A DNA stretch of 37,000 nucleotides from contig CAZPWM010000027.1 in assembly GCA_964590575.1 (NCBI GenBank), forward strand, positions 1 to 37,000, given 5' to 3'. The translations under genes and the position numbers were made by a program. This DNA is from an uncultured archaeon (GTDB lineage: Archaea > Asgardarchaeota > Thorarchaeia > Thorarchaeales > Thorarchaeaceae). Under the pieces are notes generated by a model. That model saw only the letters and a program-made list of their open reading frames with translations, was not told where the DNA came from and made no database searches. Positions 1 to 10,305 of the stretch are shown one piece after another (positions within the stretch are counted from its first letter, which is position 1; each line of letters opens with the position of its first letter).

Positions 1-2
1 GG

Positions 3-752
3 GAAAATGGGATTCAGAATCTTACAATTCTCTATGCTAATTCAAATCTGTATGACCGGGATGGTGATGCTCTCGAAGCGCTCCTTGATGGGGAGATAGG
101 AATTACTCTAACCATGTTCGATGGTCAACCATGGATTTCATTTCCAGATACCATCAGTAGGATTCATCTAGAAAACATGGTTGTTGTAGATCCTTGCGTA
201 GTTGCTATAACCAATGAAACATATCTTGAATCTCAACCGGATGGGTTCATTGAATATCTGCTCTCTTCTGAAGGTCAAGCAATATGGCTAGATAATGATA
301 GCGGGTTTTTGCCTGTAAGTCGCAAGGCATTTGATACTATAGTTGCTGACCCGAGCATCTACTCAGAGTTTAATTGGATTGCCAATAGTGAAGGTGCTGG
401 TGTAGCAATCTCCTATTCAAGTGAAGATATCGCACTTGGGATCTACATGGATACTACTTCATTATTGCCTCATAGTAATCTATCCAATTGCTGGCAGAAT
501 ACATTTAGAGCCTATGAGAATGGCTCGATAAATGGAATTCAATTCAACTATTTCACAGAAAATCTTGGTAAGCCTCTCACAATAGTTGGTCCAATCTCAT
601 ATGTCAATGAGAGCTTCACCAAAGAGTATGCCCAAAGAATCTTACTTGACTTATACAATGAAGACTTTGCTTGCGGGGTCACTTACCGCTGGTTACTGGC
701 TGCAAATGAGAGGTATGAAACAATCCTCAGTGAGATCTCAGATCTGATGTAG
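3..752 (+). CDS. 5'-truncated extracellular solute-binding protein (ABC transporter substrate-binding type), C-terminal part
   Basis: Frame is open from position 3 (ENGIQNLTILYANSNLYDRDGDALEALLDGEIGITLTMF...), upstream of the listed ATG at 114. 'FIEYLLSSEGQAIW...GFLPVS' matches the conserved C-terminal helix of Fe/thiamine/polyamine-type SBPs. Several N-glycosylation sequons. Confidence 0.65.
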   Translation, partial: ENGIQNLTILYANSNLYDRDGDALEALLDGEIGITLTMFDGQPWISFPDTISRIHLENMVVVDPCVVAITNETYLESQPDGFIEYLLSSEGQAIWLDNDSGFLPVSRKAFDTIVADPSIYSEFNWIANSEGAGVAISYSSEDIALGIYMDTTSLLPHSNLSNCWQNTFRAYENGSINGIQFNYFTENLGKPLTIVGPISYVNESFTKEYAQRILLDLYNEDFACGVTYRWLLAANERYETILSEISDLM

Positions 753-763
753 ACGTTTTTGGT

Positions 764-901
764 CTATCTCGATTTCCTCCAATCTCTCAGTGCTAAAAGC
801 ACTATCAGTAGATACCATACTGCTGATAGAACAAGAAAAATCAGAACGAGGGGTATTGCTTCGGTAGCAGTTGGTACAATAATGACTGTAAAGACAGCCA
901 A
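764..901 (-). CDS. Possible small membrane protein or gene remnant (45 aa)
   Basis: Translated by hand from TTG at 901: (M)AVFTVIIVPTATEAIPLVLIFLVLSAVWYLLIVLLALRDWRKSR*. One long hydrophobic helix followed by a basic tail. Confidence 0.35.
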   Translation of the reverse strand: MAVFTVIIVPTATEAIPLVLIFLVLSAVWYLLIVLLALRDWRKSR

Positions 902-951
902 GGATTTAACATGTTCGAGTTAAAGGAAGAAGTAGTCACGGAGGCAATGTA

Positions 952-1551
952 TTGGAAAAGAAGGAACGATTCTCCAAACAAATAGAGTTCATTGTTGAGA
1001 TTGACAAGTTAAAACATATTGAAAGACAGTCAGCTCTATGTGATGGGACACGCCAAGAGAATGACACTGAACACTCATGGCACATAGCACTCATGGCTAT
1101 ACTCCTATCTGAGTATGCAAACAATGTCGACATCAATTTACTAAAAGTCGTCAAGATGCTTCTGATTCATGACTTAGTCGAGATAGATGCTGGAGACACT
1201 TTTGCTTATGACATCACCGGCAATATGCATAAGGAGAAGCGTGAGAGAGAAGCAGCGACACGCATCTTCGGAATTCTGCCAGAGGACCAGAATAAGGAGT
1301 TGCTTTCACTTTGGGAGGAATTTGAGTCTATGTTAACTCCTGAGGCTCGATTTGCTTCGGCGCTGGATAAGCTACAGCCACTAATCCTCAGCTACAATAA
1401 CAAAGGTTGGTCCTGGAAGAAACACGGTGTTGCCAGTAAACAGATTATCGAGAGTAAGAAGAATATTACCAAAGGATCTGAAGATCTGTGGGATTATGCT
1501 AAAAGTCTCATACGGAAATCGATTGACGCCGGCTTTCTGGCTGAGGGATAG
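952..1551 (+). CDS. HD-domain phosphohydrolase (YfbR/HDDC2-like 5'-deoxynucleotidase family)
   Basis: Motifs 'DKLKHIERQ', 'ENDTEHSWH', 'LIHDLVEIDAGD', 'LWEEFE', 'ALDKLQP'. GGAGG upstream of the TTG start. Confidence 0.9.
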   Translation: MEKKERFSKQIEFIVEIDKLKHIERQSALCDGTRQENDTEHSWHIALMAILLSEYANNVDINLLKVVKMLLIHDLVEIDAGDTFAYDITGNMHKEKREREAATRIFGILPEDQNKELLSLWEEFESMLTPEARFASALDKLQPLILSYNNKGWSWKKHGVASKQIIESKKNITKGSEDLWDYAKSLIRKSIDAGFLAEG

Positions 1552-1581
1552 AATACAGTAGAAAACTGGAGGATATAGATA

Positions 1582-1923
1582 GTGTCAAAGACAAGGAAAG
1601 AACTTGCTTCACTCAAATGTGTTCCCTGCAGAGGCGGTGTACCTCCAATGGAAAGCGGGAAGATCAAATTAATGCTGGATGTTGTACCAGACTGGACTAA
1701 GTCAACGGGGGATATTGATAAAATAGAGAGGCTCTTCAAATTCAAGGACTTCAAAGAAGCAATGAATTTTGTAAACAAAGTAGCTGAAATCGCAGAGGAG
1801 GAAGGTCATCATCCAGACATCTTCATTCAATGGAATAAAGTCACTCTCACACTTTGGACTCATGCCATCAAGGGTCTGTTCGAGAATGATTTCATTTTAG
1901 CTGCTAAGATTGATGAACTATAG
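1582..1923 (+). CDS. phhB: Pterin-4-alpha-carbinolamine dehydratase
   Basis: Family signature 'FKDFKEAMNFVNKVAEIAEEEGHHPDI...LWTHAIKGL..NDFILAAKID'; N-terminal CxPC. Confidence 0.93.
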   Translation: MSKTRKELASLKCVPCRGGVPPMESGKIKLMLDVVPDWTKSTGDIDKIERLFKFKDFKEAMNFVNKVAEIAEEEGHHPDIFIQWNKVTLTLWTHAIKGLFENDFILAAKIDEL

Positions 1924-3649
1924 AAGCTTTTGTTTCTCTGGGACTTTTTAACCAATAGATAAAACCTCCAATCAGACCCACTCCAATTACAAGACCAATC
2001 ACAACCCCAATTGTAAGAATGCTAAGAGGGAAGGCCCACAACAATGTCATCAGGGCTGTAGCGAATGTCATCATCAAAGCTACAACTAAACCATACCGAA
2101 TCACATCGCCCTCAATGCCAATCTCGTCAATTACAGCTGCTGCATTTTGTATCTTGGCTGGACTTAGGACGCTTGCTAATCCACCACCTATCCCATTAGA
2201 TGCAGCTACAACAACCGAGTTAGCTCCAATTGCTATACTTGCTTGATAGTGATAATTCGTAAACATTGCAATAGCAGAAGTTTCGGAACCTGATATGAAA
2301 CCAGCCAGTAGACCAAGAAATGCAGCAGTCAGAGGATATGCTGCTCCAAGAGATGCGGAAGTCAGTGATGCGAGTAGATAGATCATATTATTTGTTGGAT
2401 TTATCGGGAATATCCATATCCCACCAGCATCAGGTATAAACCCACTGAAATTCATAACTTCAGCCATTGCGAAAAAGATGGCAGCTGCAAGAACTGGACG
2501 TGGTGCCCTCTTGATGAATTTTCTATAGGTATTCCTCAGAACTGTTCTGTCATTTTTGAAGAAAGGCATAGAAACCAATGTTGCAATCAACATGAGGGTA
2601 TATGCTTGCCAAAGAAATTTCGTACTAATACTTAGATCACGAACGGCTAGGTCAGCACCCTGATACTGAACGAAATTGACAACAAAATCAAGTTGGACTA
2701 CGAGAAGATTCCTGATAGGGTCAATCAGAGTAGTAAGAAGTGAGAGAAATACGAGTATAACCCACGGAATGCTTGCACGCTTAAGACTCATTGTTCTTTC
2801 AGTTTCTCTATCTTTGTCATCAATCTGTTGTCTATCCATGAATGGCTTCTTGGATAGTTTGTTGTACGCAAACAAAACTCCAAGAACAGCGGTACCTGCT
2901 ATAACATTAGTAAGTCGAGTTAGATTGACCATTTCTAGATTGCAGATGATTGCTGTAATCCCAGCGGTCAATCCTGCTAGAAAGGCAAGAAGAATTCCTT
3001 CTTTATTTAACAACAACTTCTTTCCACCCGCAATCCATAACATCGAAATTGCTATTCCTATTGATACAACAGGCATGAAAGAAGCAAACACTGAACCAGC
3101 GAACCAAAGATCTATTGGGGTACCTGAAACGCTTGAATACACATCAGTAAAAACCTGAGCAGGCACTCCAAGCAAGGCAAATGTAGTAAGTGGGTCGTAA
3201 CCAATTGAGGGTAAGGCAACAGCAACCAATGGAGAAAAGCCAAGAGCCAACATGACAGGTGGTAACATTGACACGGGAGTCGCTCCAATTCCCACCAAGA
3301 ATAATCCGAGTCCGAAGCTAATTAATAGAATTTGCATAGGACGACTGCCACCTCCAAGAGTCTTGAAGAAGACAATCAGTCGTTGGAGAGCCCCAGTTTC
3401 TTGCATATAGGTCATCATTAGAATTGAGGTTGCAACCATCAAAGAAATAGGAAATGATCGAACGACCCCAATCAAGCTTGCCGTTAGTGCAACGCCAATA
3501 TCTGTCTGAAAAGCAATGATAGCGATGATCACCGTAGTAAGCCAAACTACAACTCCAGTAGTATCTGCCGCTTTTTTCAAGAAGACTAGAAGAACAAGTG
3601 CTAATATGATAGGGAGAATAATTAGAATGAAACCTAGAGCTGCATCCAT
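1904..3649 (-). CDS. lctP: L-lactate permease family transporter
   Basis: 581-aa polytopic membrane protein with LctP-like motifs 'MQETGAL', 'LALGFSP', 'GFISGSETS', 'GGGLASVLSPAKI'. Confidence 0.8.
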   Translation of the reverse strand: MDAALGFILIILPIILALVLLVFLKKAADTTGVVVWLTTVIIAIIAFQTDIGVALTASLIGVVRSFPISLMVATSILMMTYMQETGALQRLIVFFKTLGGGSRPMQILLISFGLGLFLVGIGATPVSMLPPVMLALGFSPLVAVALPSIGYDPLTTFALLGVPAQVFTDVYSSVSGTPIDLWFAGSVFASFMPVVSIGIAISMLWIAGGKKLLLNKEGILLAFLAGLTAGITAIICNLEMVNLTRLTNVIAGTAVLGVLFAYNKLSKKPFMDRQQIDDKDRETERTMSLKRASIPWVILVFLSLLTTLIDPIRNLLVVQLDFVVNFVQYQGADLAVRDLSISTKFLWQAYTLMLIATLVSMPFFKNDRTVLRNTYRKFIKRAPRPVLAAAIFFAMAEVMNFSGFIPDAGGIWIFPINPTNNMIYLLASLTSASLGAAYPLTAAFLGLLAGFISGSETSAIAMFTNYHYQASIAIGANSVVVAASNGIGGGLASVLSPAKIQNAAAVIDEIGIEGDVIRYGLVVALMMTFATALMTLLWAFPLSILTIGVVIGLVIGVGLIGGFIYWLKSPRETKASIVHQS

Positions 3650-3651
3650 AG

Positions 3652-4647
3652 CTACGACCTCCTTTCAAGAAGACCATTTTCGAAATACCAGTCAATCGCT
3701 CTTTGGAATGCCTCGACCATACTGATTTGAGGCGCCCATCCAAGCAAACGTTTTGCTTTCTCGTTTGAATACACATGATTCGACAGTATCATATCTACGG
3801 ATTTTCCATGCCAAAAGAAAGTCATCTTTTTCCGATTCTTGAATGGACTCATCAGAACCATCCCAAATTTAGCCAAAATACCAGGGACACGAAGTCGTGG
3901 AGGTTTCACACCTAATCGTTCAGTCACGACATCTACAAACTCCTCCCAACTAACGGCTTCATCGGGACAGAGAATAATCGTGTTATTTAGAGCAGACATA
4001 GGTGTTAGTGCAGCAACAAACGCAGCAACCACATCATCAACGTGGATAAACATGATTTGAGAACTCATATTGCGGGGTAGTGCAAAGACCTTTCCATTAT
4101 ACAATTCTTTAGCAACCTCATATATGATGTAAAGGTCACCTTCACCCGTCACGCCAGATGGGCGAAGAATGATATGTGCCAACCCCGTATCCTCAGTGAT
4201 CTCACGAATTGAATTCTCAGAAAGTATCTTGCTTTCTCCATAACTGAAATCAGGTCTTAGTTCTGTATCTTCAGTTCCAGGAGGGAATCTGACTGAACCA
4301 ATAGTTTCAGTTGTGGAACAGTAAATGAATCTCTCGACTTCAGTTCCTACACATGCGTTCATCAAGTTCGTGGTACCTTCCACATTCACCTTGAACATCA
4401 AATCTTCATCGCTAGGATAGAAATCGAAGTATGCAGCGAGGTGGATTACAACATTCACTCCTTGGACAGCAGCATTAAGACTTGGGATGTCAAACAAATC
4501 CGCTTCTCGAATCTCAATGGTCTTCGGTAAACCTTCTGTGTTACTAGTTGACCTTATGAGAGCTACGACCTCATGACCTGCTTCCAAAAGCTTTGGAATT
4601 AGTCTTCCTCCAATGAAACCAGATGCTCCTGTAACTAGGACCTTCAC
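3652..4647 (-). CDS. NAD-dependent epimerase/dehydratase (extended SDR)
   Basis: 'VLVTGASGFIG' Rossmann motif, 'HLAA', 'NVEGT', catalytic 'YGESK'. GTG at 4647 preferred over ATG at 4686 because similarity begins there. Confidence 0.9.
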   Translation of the reverse strand: MKVLVTGASGFIGGRLIPKLLEAGHEVVALIRSTSNTEGLPKTIEIREADLFDIPSLNAAVQGVNVVIHLAAYFDFYPSDEDLMFKVNVEGTTNLMNACVGTEVERFIYCSTTETIGSVRFPPGTEDTELRPDFSYGESKILSENSIREITEDTGLAHIILRPSGVTGEGDLYIIYEVAKELYNGKVFALPRNMSSQIMFIHVDDVVAAFVAALTPMSALNNTIILCPDEAVSWEEFVDVVTERLGVKPPRLRVPGILAKFGMVLMSPFKNRKKMTFFWHGKSVDMILSNHVYSNEKAKRLLGWAPQISMVEAFQRAIDWYFENGLLERRS

Positions 4648-4766
4648 TCGGACTCGCCTCGGACCAGTCCTCAGATGTCCCCTCATTTATCTCTATCTTA
4701 TCATCTCTACCAAAAGTAATATTCGTTCAGGTGAAATATAATCAGAGCAAATAGGTGTAGGAGATA

Positions 4767-5954
4767 GTGGAACCAGAGAATCGTAATGGCCAAGAAGGAA
4801 ACGAGGCATTGCCAACAGATGACACACCAACTGACTGGTTCAACATGGGTTGCTCACTTGCAACCACAGGAAAGCCTGTAGAAGCAGAGAGAGCGCTCAA
4901 GATTGCAATTAACGAACAAGAAGAGTATCCAATCGCGTGGGCGATTCTGAGTGCAGTACTTCTTTCTCAGGGGCGAGAAACTGATGCTGAGAAAGCCGGT
5001 AAGATGGCGCTAGGTCAATGTAAGGACCTGAAAATGACCTGGCCCAAGCTTAGAAGTATAATGTTCGCCCATGCAATCCAGAAGGGAGAAGATTGGAAGA
5101 GTCCGAGAAGAGTTAGGTTTGAGATTTCAAACACCACGGAGTGGGGTATAACACTCACTAAGTTGAGTGAATCCAGCAATGAAAAACTAGACAAGATTGG
5201 AGCAATTCAAGAAGAAACTTCTGATCCTACAATCATTGTAGACCATGATGAGGGGATTGCTGACGAAGAAGTCACATTGAAAGTCATGGAAGAAACACCC
5301 ACCTTACAGGAGGTTAGTATAGATGATTCTAGGTCAGCGGAAGTTTGGTTCAGTCTAGGAAGGGATCACCTGAACGCGAAAGAATTCGATAAAGCTGAAG
5401 TAGCATACATGAGGGGTCTGACTCTAAATCCTGAGAATGGTGATGCATTACTTAGAGTTGGTTCTCTATTGATGAGAAGGAATGCTTATGATAAAGCCGA
5501 GGACTCATTGGTGTTAGCTGTGAAGTATATACCTGAAAACCCTGAAGCATGGTTTCAACTAGGGATATGTCTCCAGGAGTCAGAAAGGTGGGTCGAATCA
5601 GTAGATGCTCTGAAGATGGCTAAGGACCTTAACCCGCAGAATCCCGAGGTGTGGGTAAAACTTGGAGAAGCAGACTTCTTTAGAAGCTTGTACCAAGAAG
5701 CAGCAAGTAGTTTCCTCAGAGCATTGAGAATTAATCCTGACCACATCTATGCAATGTTCTACCTCGGTCGGTGTATGGAATACAGGGGTAATGAAAATCA
5801 TGCACTCCGAATCTACAACAAACTACTCAATATTAATCCAAAAGATCCAGAAATTCTTGAGGAGCTAGCAAAATCGTTTCATCGCCTTGGTTCAACAAAT
5901 GATGCGCAACGTGCTAAGAGTCTAGCTGCGTATCATCGTAAATCAAAATTATAA
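4767..5954 (+). CDS. Tetratricopeptide-repeat protein
   Basis: About 2 N-terminal TPRs, an acidic linker, then about 6 tandem 34-aa TPRs (W..LG....A...A..L.P periodicity). Confidence 0.88.
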   Translation: MEPENRNGQEGNEALPTDDTPTDWFNMGCSLATTGKPVEAERALKIAINEQEEYPIAWAILSAVLLSQGRETDAEKAGKMALGQCKDLKMTWPKLRSIMFAHAIQKGEDWKSPRRVRFEISNTTEWGITLTKLSESSNEKLDKIGAIQEETSDPTIIVDHDEGIADEEVTLKVMEETPTLQEVSIDDSRSAEVWFSLGRDHLNAKEFDKAEVAYMRGLTLNPENGDALLRVGSLLMRRNAYDKAEDSLVLAVKYIPENPEAWFQLGICLQESERWVESVDALKMAKDLNPQNPEVWVKLGEADFFRSLYQEAASSFLRALRINPDHIYAMFYLGRCMEYRGNENHALRIYNKLLNINPKDPEILEELAKSFHRLGSTNDAQRAKSLAAYHRKSKL

Positions 5955-5967
5955 TTGAGATGTTTGA

Positions 5968-6711
5968 CTAACTCAAGAGCTCATCGAGCGCAGGTAGTAT
6001 CTCTCCGGCTTTTCCTGATATATGAATGTCTACTAGTCCTGTTAACGTAGTATGCTCTACATTGATCTCAATGATTTTCCCACCCCGCTTTTTTACAATA
6101 AGAGGGAACGATGCCGCAGGTTGCACAAGAGCTGAAGTTCCTATGATAATGCAAGTGTCTGCACGTTCTAGTTCGGTGTAAACTTGACTCATTATAACTG
6201 GGTCTAAAGACTCTCCAAACCACACAACATCAGGTCGTAGATGATTGTTGCATTGTGGACATAATGGAATTCCAGAAGCAGGCTTACTCAGTCGACTCCG
6301 ATATTCACATGAAGTACATTTGAGAGCCCATAGATTACCATGAACCGCATGGACATTTACTGACCCAGCCCGATTATGAAGGCCATCTACATTCTGTGTG
6401 ATTAGTGCTTTGAGGATACCTCTCTTCTCCCAACTCACTAGCGTATAATGTGCTGGATTGGGTGTGCATTCACCAATCAATCCTTGTCGCCAACTATACC
6501 ACTCCCAAACAAGAGATGGATTTCGCTCGAAAGCATTGGGTGTTGCAAGCTCCATAGCATCATAGTTACGCCATAATCCATCCTCACCCCTGAATGTGGG
6601 TATATTGGATTCCTTGGAGATACCTGCACCAGTTAGTGCTACAAGATAGTCTGTTTTCATTATAAAACCTGCAGCTTCATCGAGAGGACTCACATTCATT
6701 TTGAAACACAA
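5968..6711 (-). CDS. cobB: NAD-dependent protein deacylase (sirtuin, class III-like)
   Basis: 'TGAGISKESNIPTFRG', 'WY.WR', 'TQNVDGLH..AG', 'HG', CxxC..CxxC, 'RPDVVWFGE', 'GTSALVQPAA'. Confidence 0.95.
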   Translation of the reverse strand: MCFKMNVSPLDEAAGFIMKTDYLVALTGAGISKESNIPTFRGEDGLWRNYDAMELATPNAFERNPSLVWEWYSWRQGLIGECTPNPAHYTLVSWEKRGILKALITQNVDGLHNRAGSVNVHAVHGNLWALKCTSCEYRSRLSKPASGIPLCPQCNNHLRPDVVWFGESLDPVIMSQVYTELERADTCIIIGTSALVQPAASFPLIVKKRGGKIIEINVEHTTLTGLVDIHISGKAGEILPALDELLS

Positions 6712-6840
6712 GATACCAAGTACGTTTCTCTTTCTTAAGCTTGGCCCCTTGAAATTTACAAAAATTCGACAAAGCCATCATGCTTATTAGGTGATAGGAT
6801 AAAGAAATATTCACTATTGTGAACAAACAGGAGGAGAAAG

Positions 6841-7341
6841 ATGTCTGCTAGTGACTCCAGTAGGGAAAAACAAGTCAAACGAAGAACTTGGATGATGCCT
6901 CAGGAAGTGGAGGTATGGTATGTTCTTCCTGCAATCAGAAGAGAACTTGCTAAGGTGATGAAGACCAAGCTCGTTTCTCGTGCAGACGAGGATGGTAAAA
7001 TGGCGGACCACAAGATCACTCAGAAAGAGATTGCAAGGATGCTCGGCGTTACTGAACCAGCAATCACACAGTACTTGCTGAAGAAGAAGGGACAGAGGTC
7101 GAGAGGGGATCAAGTTAATCTTCCAGAATCCATTTTGAAAGAAATCGACAAATCAGCAGACATTATGATTGCAGAATATGAGAAAGCAAGAATGAAGGAC
7201 GATGAGGATATCTTTGAAGAAATGACGAGTGAAATCAACCGTATCATCAGAGCCATGAGGGATGATGGCGTGATGTGCGACATTCATAGAGAGTTTTGTG
7301 CCCATGTAAAGGATTCCTGCGATGCTTGCAGTACTAAGTAG
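6841..7341 (+). CDS. Archaeal HTH transcriptional regulator (COG2522-like) with C-terminal Cys/His cluster
   Basis: 'PQEVEVWYVLPAIRRELAK', HTH 'TQKEIARMLGVTEPAITQYL..KRG', C-terminal 'CDIHREFC......CDAC'. AGGAGGAG upstream. Confidence 0.85.
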   Translation: MSASDSSREKQVKRRTWMMPQEVEVWYVLPAIRRELAKVMKTKLVSRADEDGKMADHKITQKEIARMLGVTEPAITQYLLKKKGQRSRGDQVNLPESILKEIDKSADIMIAEYEKARMKDDEDIFEEMTSEINRIIRAMRDDGVMCDIHREFCAHVKDSCDACSTK

Positions 7342-7419
7342 AAGAGTTATTAGTTACACAACACCAGCGGAAGGATTTATTCGGGATTAGTGTACACCTT
7401 GAACTCCTAAGTAGGGTGT

Positions 7420-8157
7420 TTGTTAATGAACGGAGAAATCAAGGTCAGCATTGAAGATGCCTATGCAATAATTACAATATCACGTCCTGACAAGTTGAAC
7501 GCAGTCACTAGAGATATGCTTGTTGATTTCAATGAACAGGTTTCACAAGTCGCTAATAATCCACACATCAGAGCGATCATTTTCACAGGCGAAGGTGATA
7601 AGGCGTTTAGTGCAGGTTTTGATATTGAAATGGTAACGAGTCTTTCTGCAGACGAAGTAACTGATTTCTTCAAACTACTTGAACGTACAATGCGATTGAT
7701 TCGAGAAAATAGAACGTGTCTGACCATTGCATCAGTAAACGGATATGCAATCGGTTTTGGTGCTATGGTATTGCTCGCTTGTGATTTTCGAATATTCTCA
7801 GAGAATGCAATATTCAGATTGCCTGAAGTGGACATGGGAATTTTTCCTGGAGCGGGCGCTGCATCTAATCTCTTGCATCTAGTAGGTCCAGCTCGTACAA
7901 AAGATATCGTAATGACTAGTAGGAAGGTTTCAGCAAGAGAAGCACTTCAAATTGGACTAGCTGATATGCTTGTGAAACCTGATGAACTATCGAAAAGTAC
8001 CATGGAATATGTTGAAGGTCTACTGAGTAAAGATGCGAAGATACTCCTCAGAACAAAGACACTGATAGATGGAATGACTGGAAAGGAAATCTCAGAAGCA
8101 GATGAGCTTGAAACAGCTTATCTTGATGAGTGGCTTCGTGAGAGAGAAGAATCCTAG
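7420..8157 (+). CDS. Enoyl-CoA hydratase/isomerase (crotonase) family protein
   Basis: 'RPDKLNA', 'FSAGFD', 'ASVNGYAIGFG', 'LACDFR', 'LPEVDMGIFPGAG'. Confidence 0.92.
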   Translation: MLMNGEIKVSIEDAYAIITISRPDKLNAVTRDMLVDFNEQVSQVANNPHIRAIIFTGEGDKAFSAGFDIEMVTSLSADEVTDFFKLLERTMRLIRENRTCLTIASVNGYAIGFGAMVLLACDFRIFSENAIFRLPEVDMGIFPGAGAASNLLHLVGPARTKDIVMTSRKVSAREALQIGLADMLVKPDELSKSTMEYVEGLLSKDAKILLRTKTLIDGMTGKEISEADELETAYLDEWLREREES

Positions 8158-8168
8158 ACAGAATGCGA

Positions 8169-9182
8169 CTAGAAGGGTTCCTCTGAAACTTTCACCATGA
8201 GTTTTCCTTTATTTGATCCATCAAAGAGTTTGCCAATCGCTGTGGGAGCGTTCTCCAGACCATCAACTATGTCAACCCGATACTGTATACGTCCCTCCTT
8301 AATCCATGTCTGAAGATCTGCAATGGCCTCTTTAGCGCGATTAAAGTAATCGGTGACAATGAATCCTTCTATACGAGCTCGGTTGGTGATGATGCTGGCA
8401 AGACTCGGACCTGAGCCCGTAACATTGTACTGGGAGATTAATCCACAAAGGACTATCCGGGCTCGGACGTTAATGAGATTCAAGACAGACTTAAAGAGTG
8501 CTCCACCAACATTTTCAAAATAGATATCAATTCCGTCGGGGCAGTGCTTTGACAGACTTTTATAAAGTGATTCAGTCTTGTAGTTAATGGCTGCGTCAAA
8601 ACCAAGCTCTTCGGTAAGCCATTGACATTTTTCATCGGTTCCTGCTGCACCAATCACACGACACCCCTTTATTTTCCCAATTTGGCCAACAATTGACCCT
8701 ACAGCCCCTGCTGCAGCTGAGACTACCAATGTTTCCCCTGCCTTAGGTTTCCCAATATCCAGCAGCCCGAAATAAGCAGTAAGTCCTGTAAGACCAAAGA
8801 TGCTTAAAAACGCGGGAAGCTGAATTGAGGAAGTTTTTGGCAATCTCATCAGTCCCTTCCCATCAGTAACAGCATAATCCTGCCACCCTAGCATCCCATA
8901 TACAAGATCACCTAGTTGGAATTTGGCATTAAGCGATTGTTCAACAACACCCAAGGTGATTCCGTGCATGACGTCACCAAGGGCCAATGCTGGCACGTAG
9001 GAAATCCATTCCTGCATCCACCCCCATGCAGCTGGGTCAAGCGAGAGGTATATATTGCGTACAAGAAATTCACCATCTCTGGGAGTTGGTACAGACCCCT
9101 CCTTCCATGCAAAGTTAGTTGGTTTGATATGACCTTCCGGACGTGAAGCCAGGCGCCACTGACGATTAACTTTAGTTGGCAT
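8169..9182 (-). CDS. NADP-dependent oxidoreductase (CurA/prostaglandin-reductase-like MDR)
   Basis: 'NRQWRLASRP', 'YLSLDP', 'GLTAYFGL', 'VSAAAGAVGS', 'YFENVGG', 'CGLISQYN', 'GLENAP', 'NKGKL'. ATG at 9182 follows AAGGAG. Confidence 0.93.
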   Translation of the reverse strand: MPTKVNRQWRLASRPEGHIKPTNFAWKEGSVPTPRDGEFLVRNIYLSLDPAAWGWMQEWISYVPALALGDVMHGITLGVVEQSLNAKFQLGDLVYGMLGWQDYAVTDGKGLMRLPKTSSIQLPAFLSIFGLTGLTAYFGLLDIGKPKAGETLVVSAAAGAVGSIVGQIGKIKGCRVIGAAGTDEKCQWLTEELGFDAAINYKTESLYKSLSKHCPDGIDIYFENVGGALFKSVLNLINVRARIVLCGLISQYNVTGSGPSLASIITNRARIEGFIVTDYFNRAKEAIADLQTWIKEGRIQYRVDIVDGLENAPTAIGKLFDGSNKGKLMVKVSEEPF

Positions 9183-9288
9183 CAATCGGTTCTCCTTTTC
9201 GTAGTGCAATGCAAGAAAACACTGTGTCGTCAGCCTTAATTAGGATTGGTGTCCCCAAATTGACCTCTGTTCAAGAGAGTTGATTTCA

Positions 9289-10266
9289 ATGGCAAAGACA
9301 GCTGTAATCGCAATTGGTGGAAATTCACTAATCAAAGATAAAGAACACAAGAGTGTACCAGATCAGTATGCTGCTACTGCTGAAACATGCAAGCATATTG
9401 CAGATATGATCCAACAAGGATGGAATGTCGTAATCACGTCAGGAAACGGGCCTCAAGTCGGATTCATCTTGAGAAGGTCTGAACTTGCAGAACATGAACT
9501 CCACCCAGTGCCACTTGACTACTGTGGCGCAGACACTCAGGGAGCAATAGGGTACATGATTCAAAGATCTCTTTACAACGAATTTCACAAACGAAACATG
9601 AACAGACATGTAGCATCTTTGGTGACCCAGGTTAGAGTTTCAAAGGACGATCCAGCATTTGAGAATCCAGCTAAACCCATTGGCTCGTTTATGGATGAAA
9701 AAGACGCCAAGAAAAAAATGGAAGAAGAGGGTTGGCAAATGAAGGAAGACTCCGGAAGAGGATGGAGGCGAGTTGTAGCCTCACCGATTCCCATTGAGAT
9801 TGTAGAACTTCCAGCAATCAAGGCACTACTCAACGATGACATTATTGTCTATGCTGTTGGAGGAGGTGGAATTCCCGTAGTCGCAAACGAAGCTGGTGAC
9901 CTTGAAGGCATTGCCGCAGTCATTGACAAGGATAGAGCATCTAGTCTTTTAGCGACTGACCTTGATGTAGATGTCCTTCTCATATCAACAGCAGTGGAGC
10001 AGGTCTACCTCAATTTTGGTAAGGAGAATCAAAAAGCAATCGATAAGATGGACCACATTGAGGCGCAGAGATACATCGAAGAAGGTCACTTCACTCCTGG
10101 AAGCATGCTTCCTAAGATAGAAGCTTGTGTTCAATTCATCAAGAATGGTGGAGATATGGCAATCATTACAGATCCGCCAAATATTACACGAGCGTTACAA
10201 GGAGAAACCGGAACCAGAATCGTTGCTGGTTTTGCTGTCCCACCTCCACCAGAGAGAAGACCGTAA
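9289..10266 (+). CDS. arcC: Carbamate kinase
   Basis: 'AIGGNSL', 'GNGPQVG', 'TQGAIGY', 'DPAF.NP.KPIG', 'GWRRVVASP', 'GGGGIPV', 'AVIDKD', 'GSMLPKIEA'. Confidence 0.95.
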   Translation: MAKTAVIAIGGNSLIKDKEHKSVPDQYAATAETCKHIADMIQQGWNVVITSGNGPQVGFILRRSELAEHELHPVPLDYCGADTQGAIGYMIQRSLYNEFHKRNMNRHVASLVTQVRVSKDDPAFENPAKPIGSFMDEKDAKKKMEEEGWQMKEDSGRGWRRVVASPIPIEIVELPAIKALLNDDIIVYAVGGGGIPVVANEAGDLEGIAAVIDKDRASSLLATDLDVDVLLISTAVEQVYLNFGKENQKAIDKMDHIEAQRYIEEGHFTPGSMLPKIEACVQFIKNGGDMAIITDPPNITRALQGETGTRIVAGFAVPPPPERRP

Positions 10267-10305
10267 CCACTAGATTAATCGTGGACCGATGCATCAGTGT
10301 ATCTG

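Noticed and set aside
5943-5954. C-terminal SKL (PTS1-like) on a TPR protein
   Set aside because: A tripeptide match is expected by chance; there is no peroxisomal context in archaea.
8169-9182. CurA-like gene as a horizontally acquired island
   Set aside because: The protein looks bacterial-like, but I see no flanking repeats or mobility genes and cannot quantify a compositional shift.
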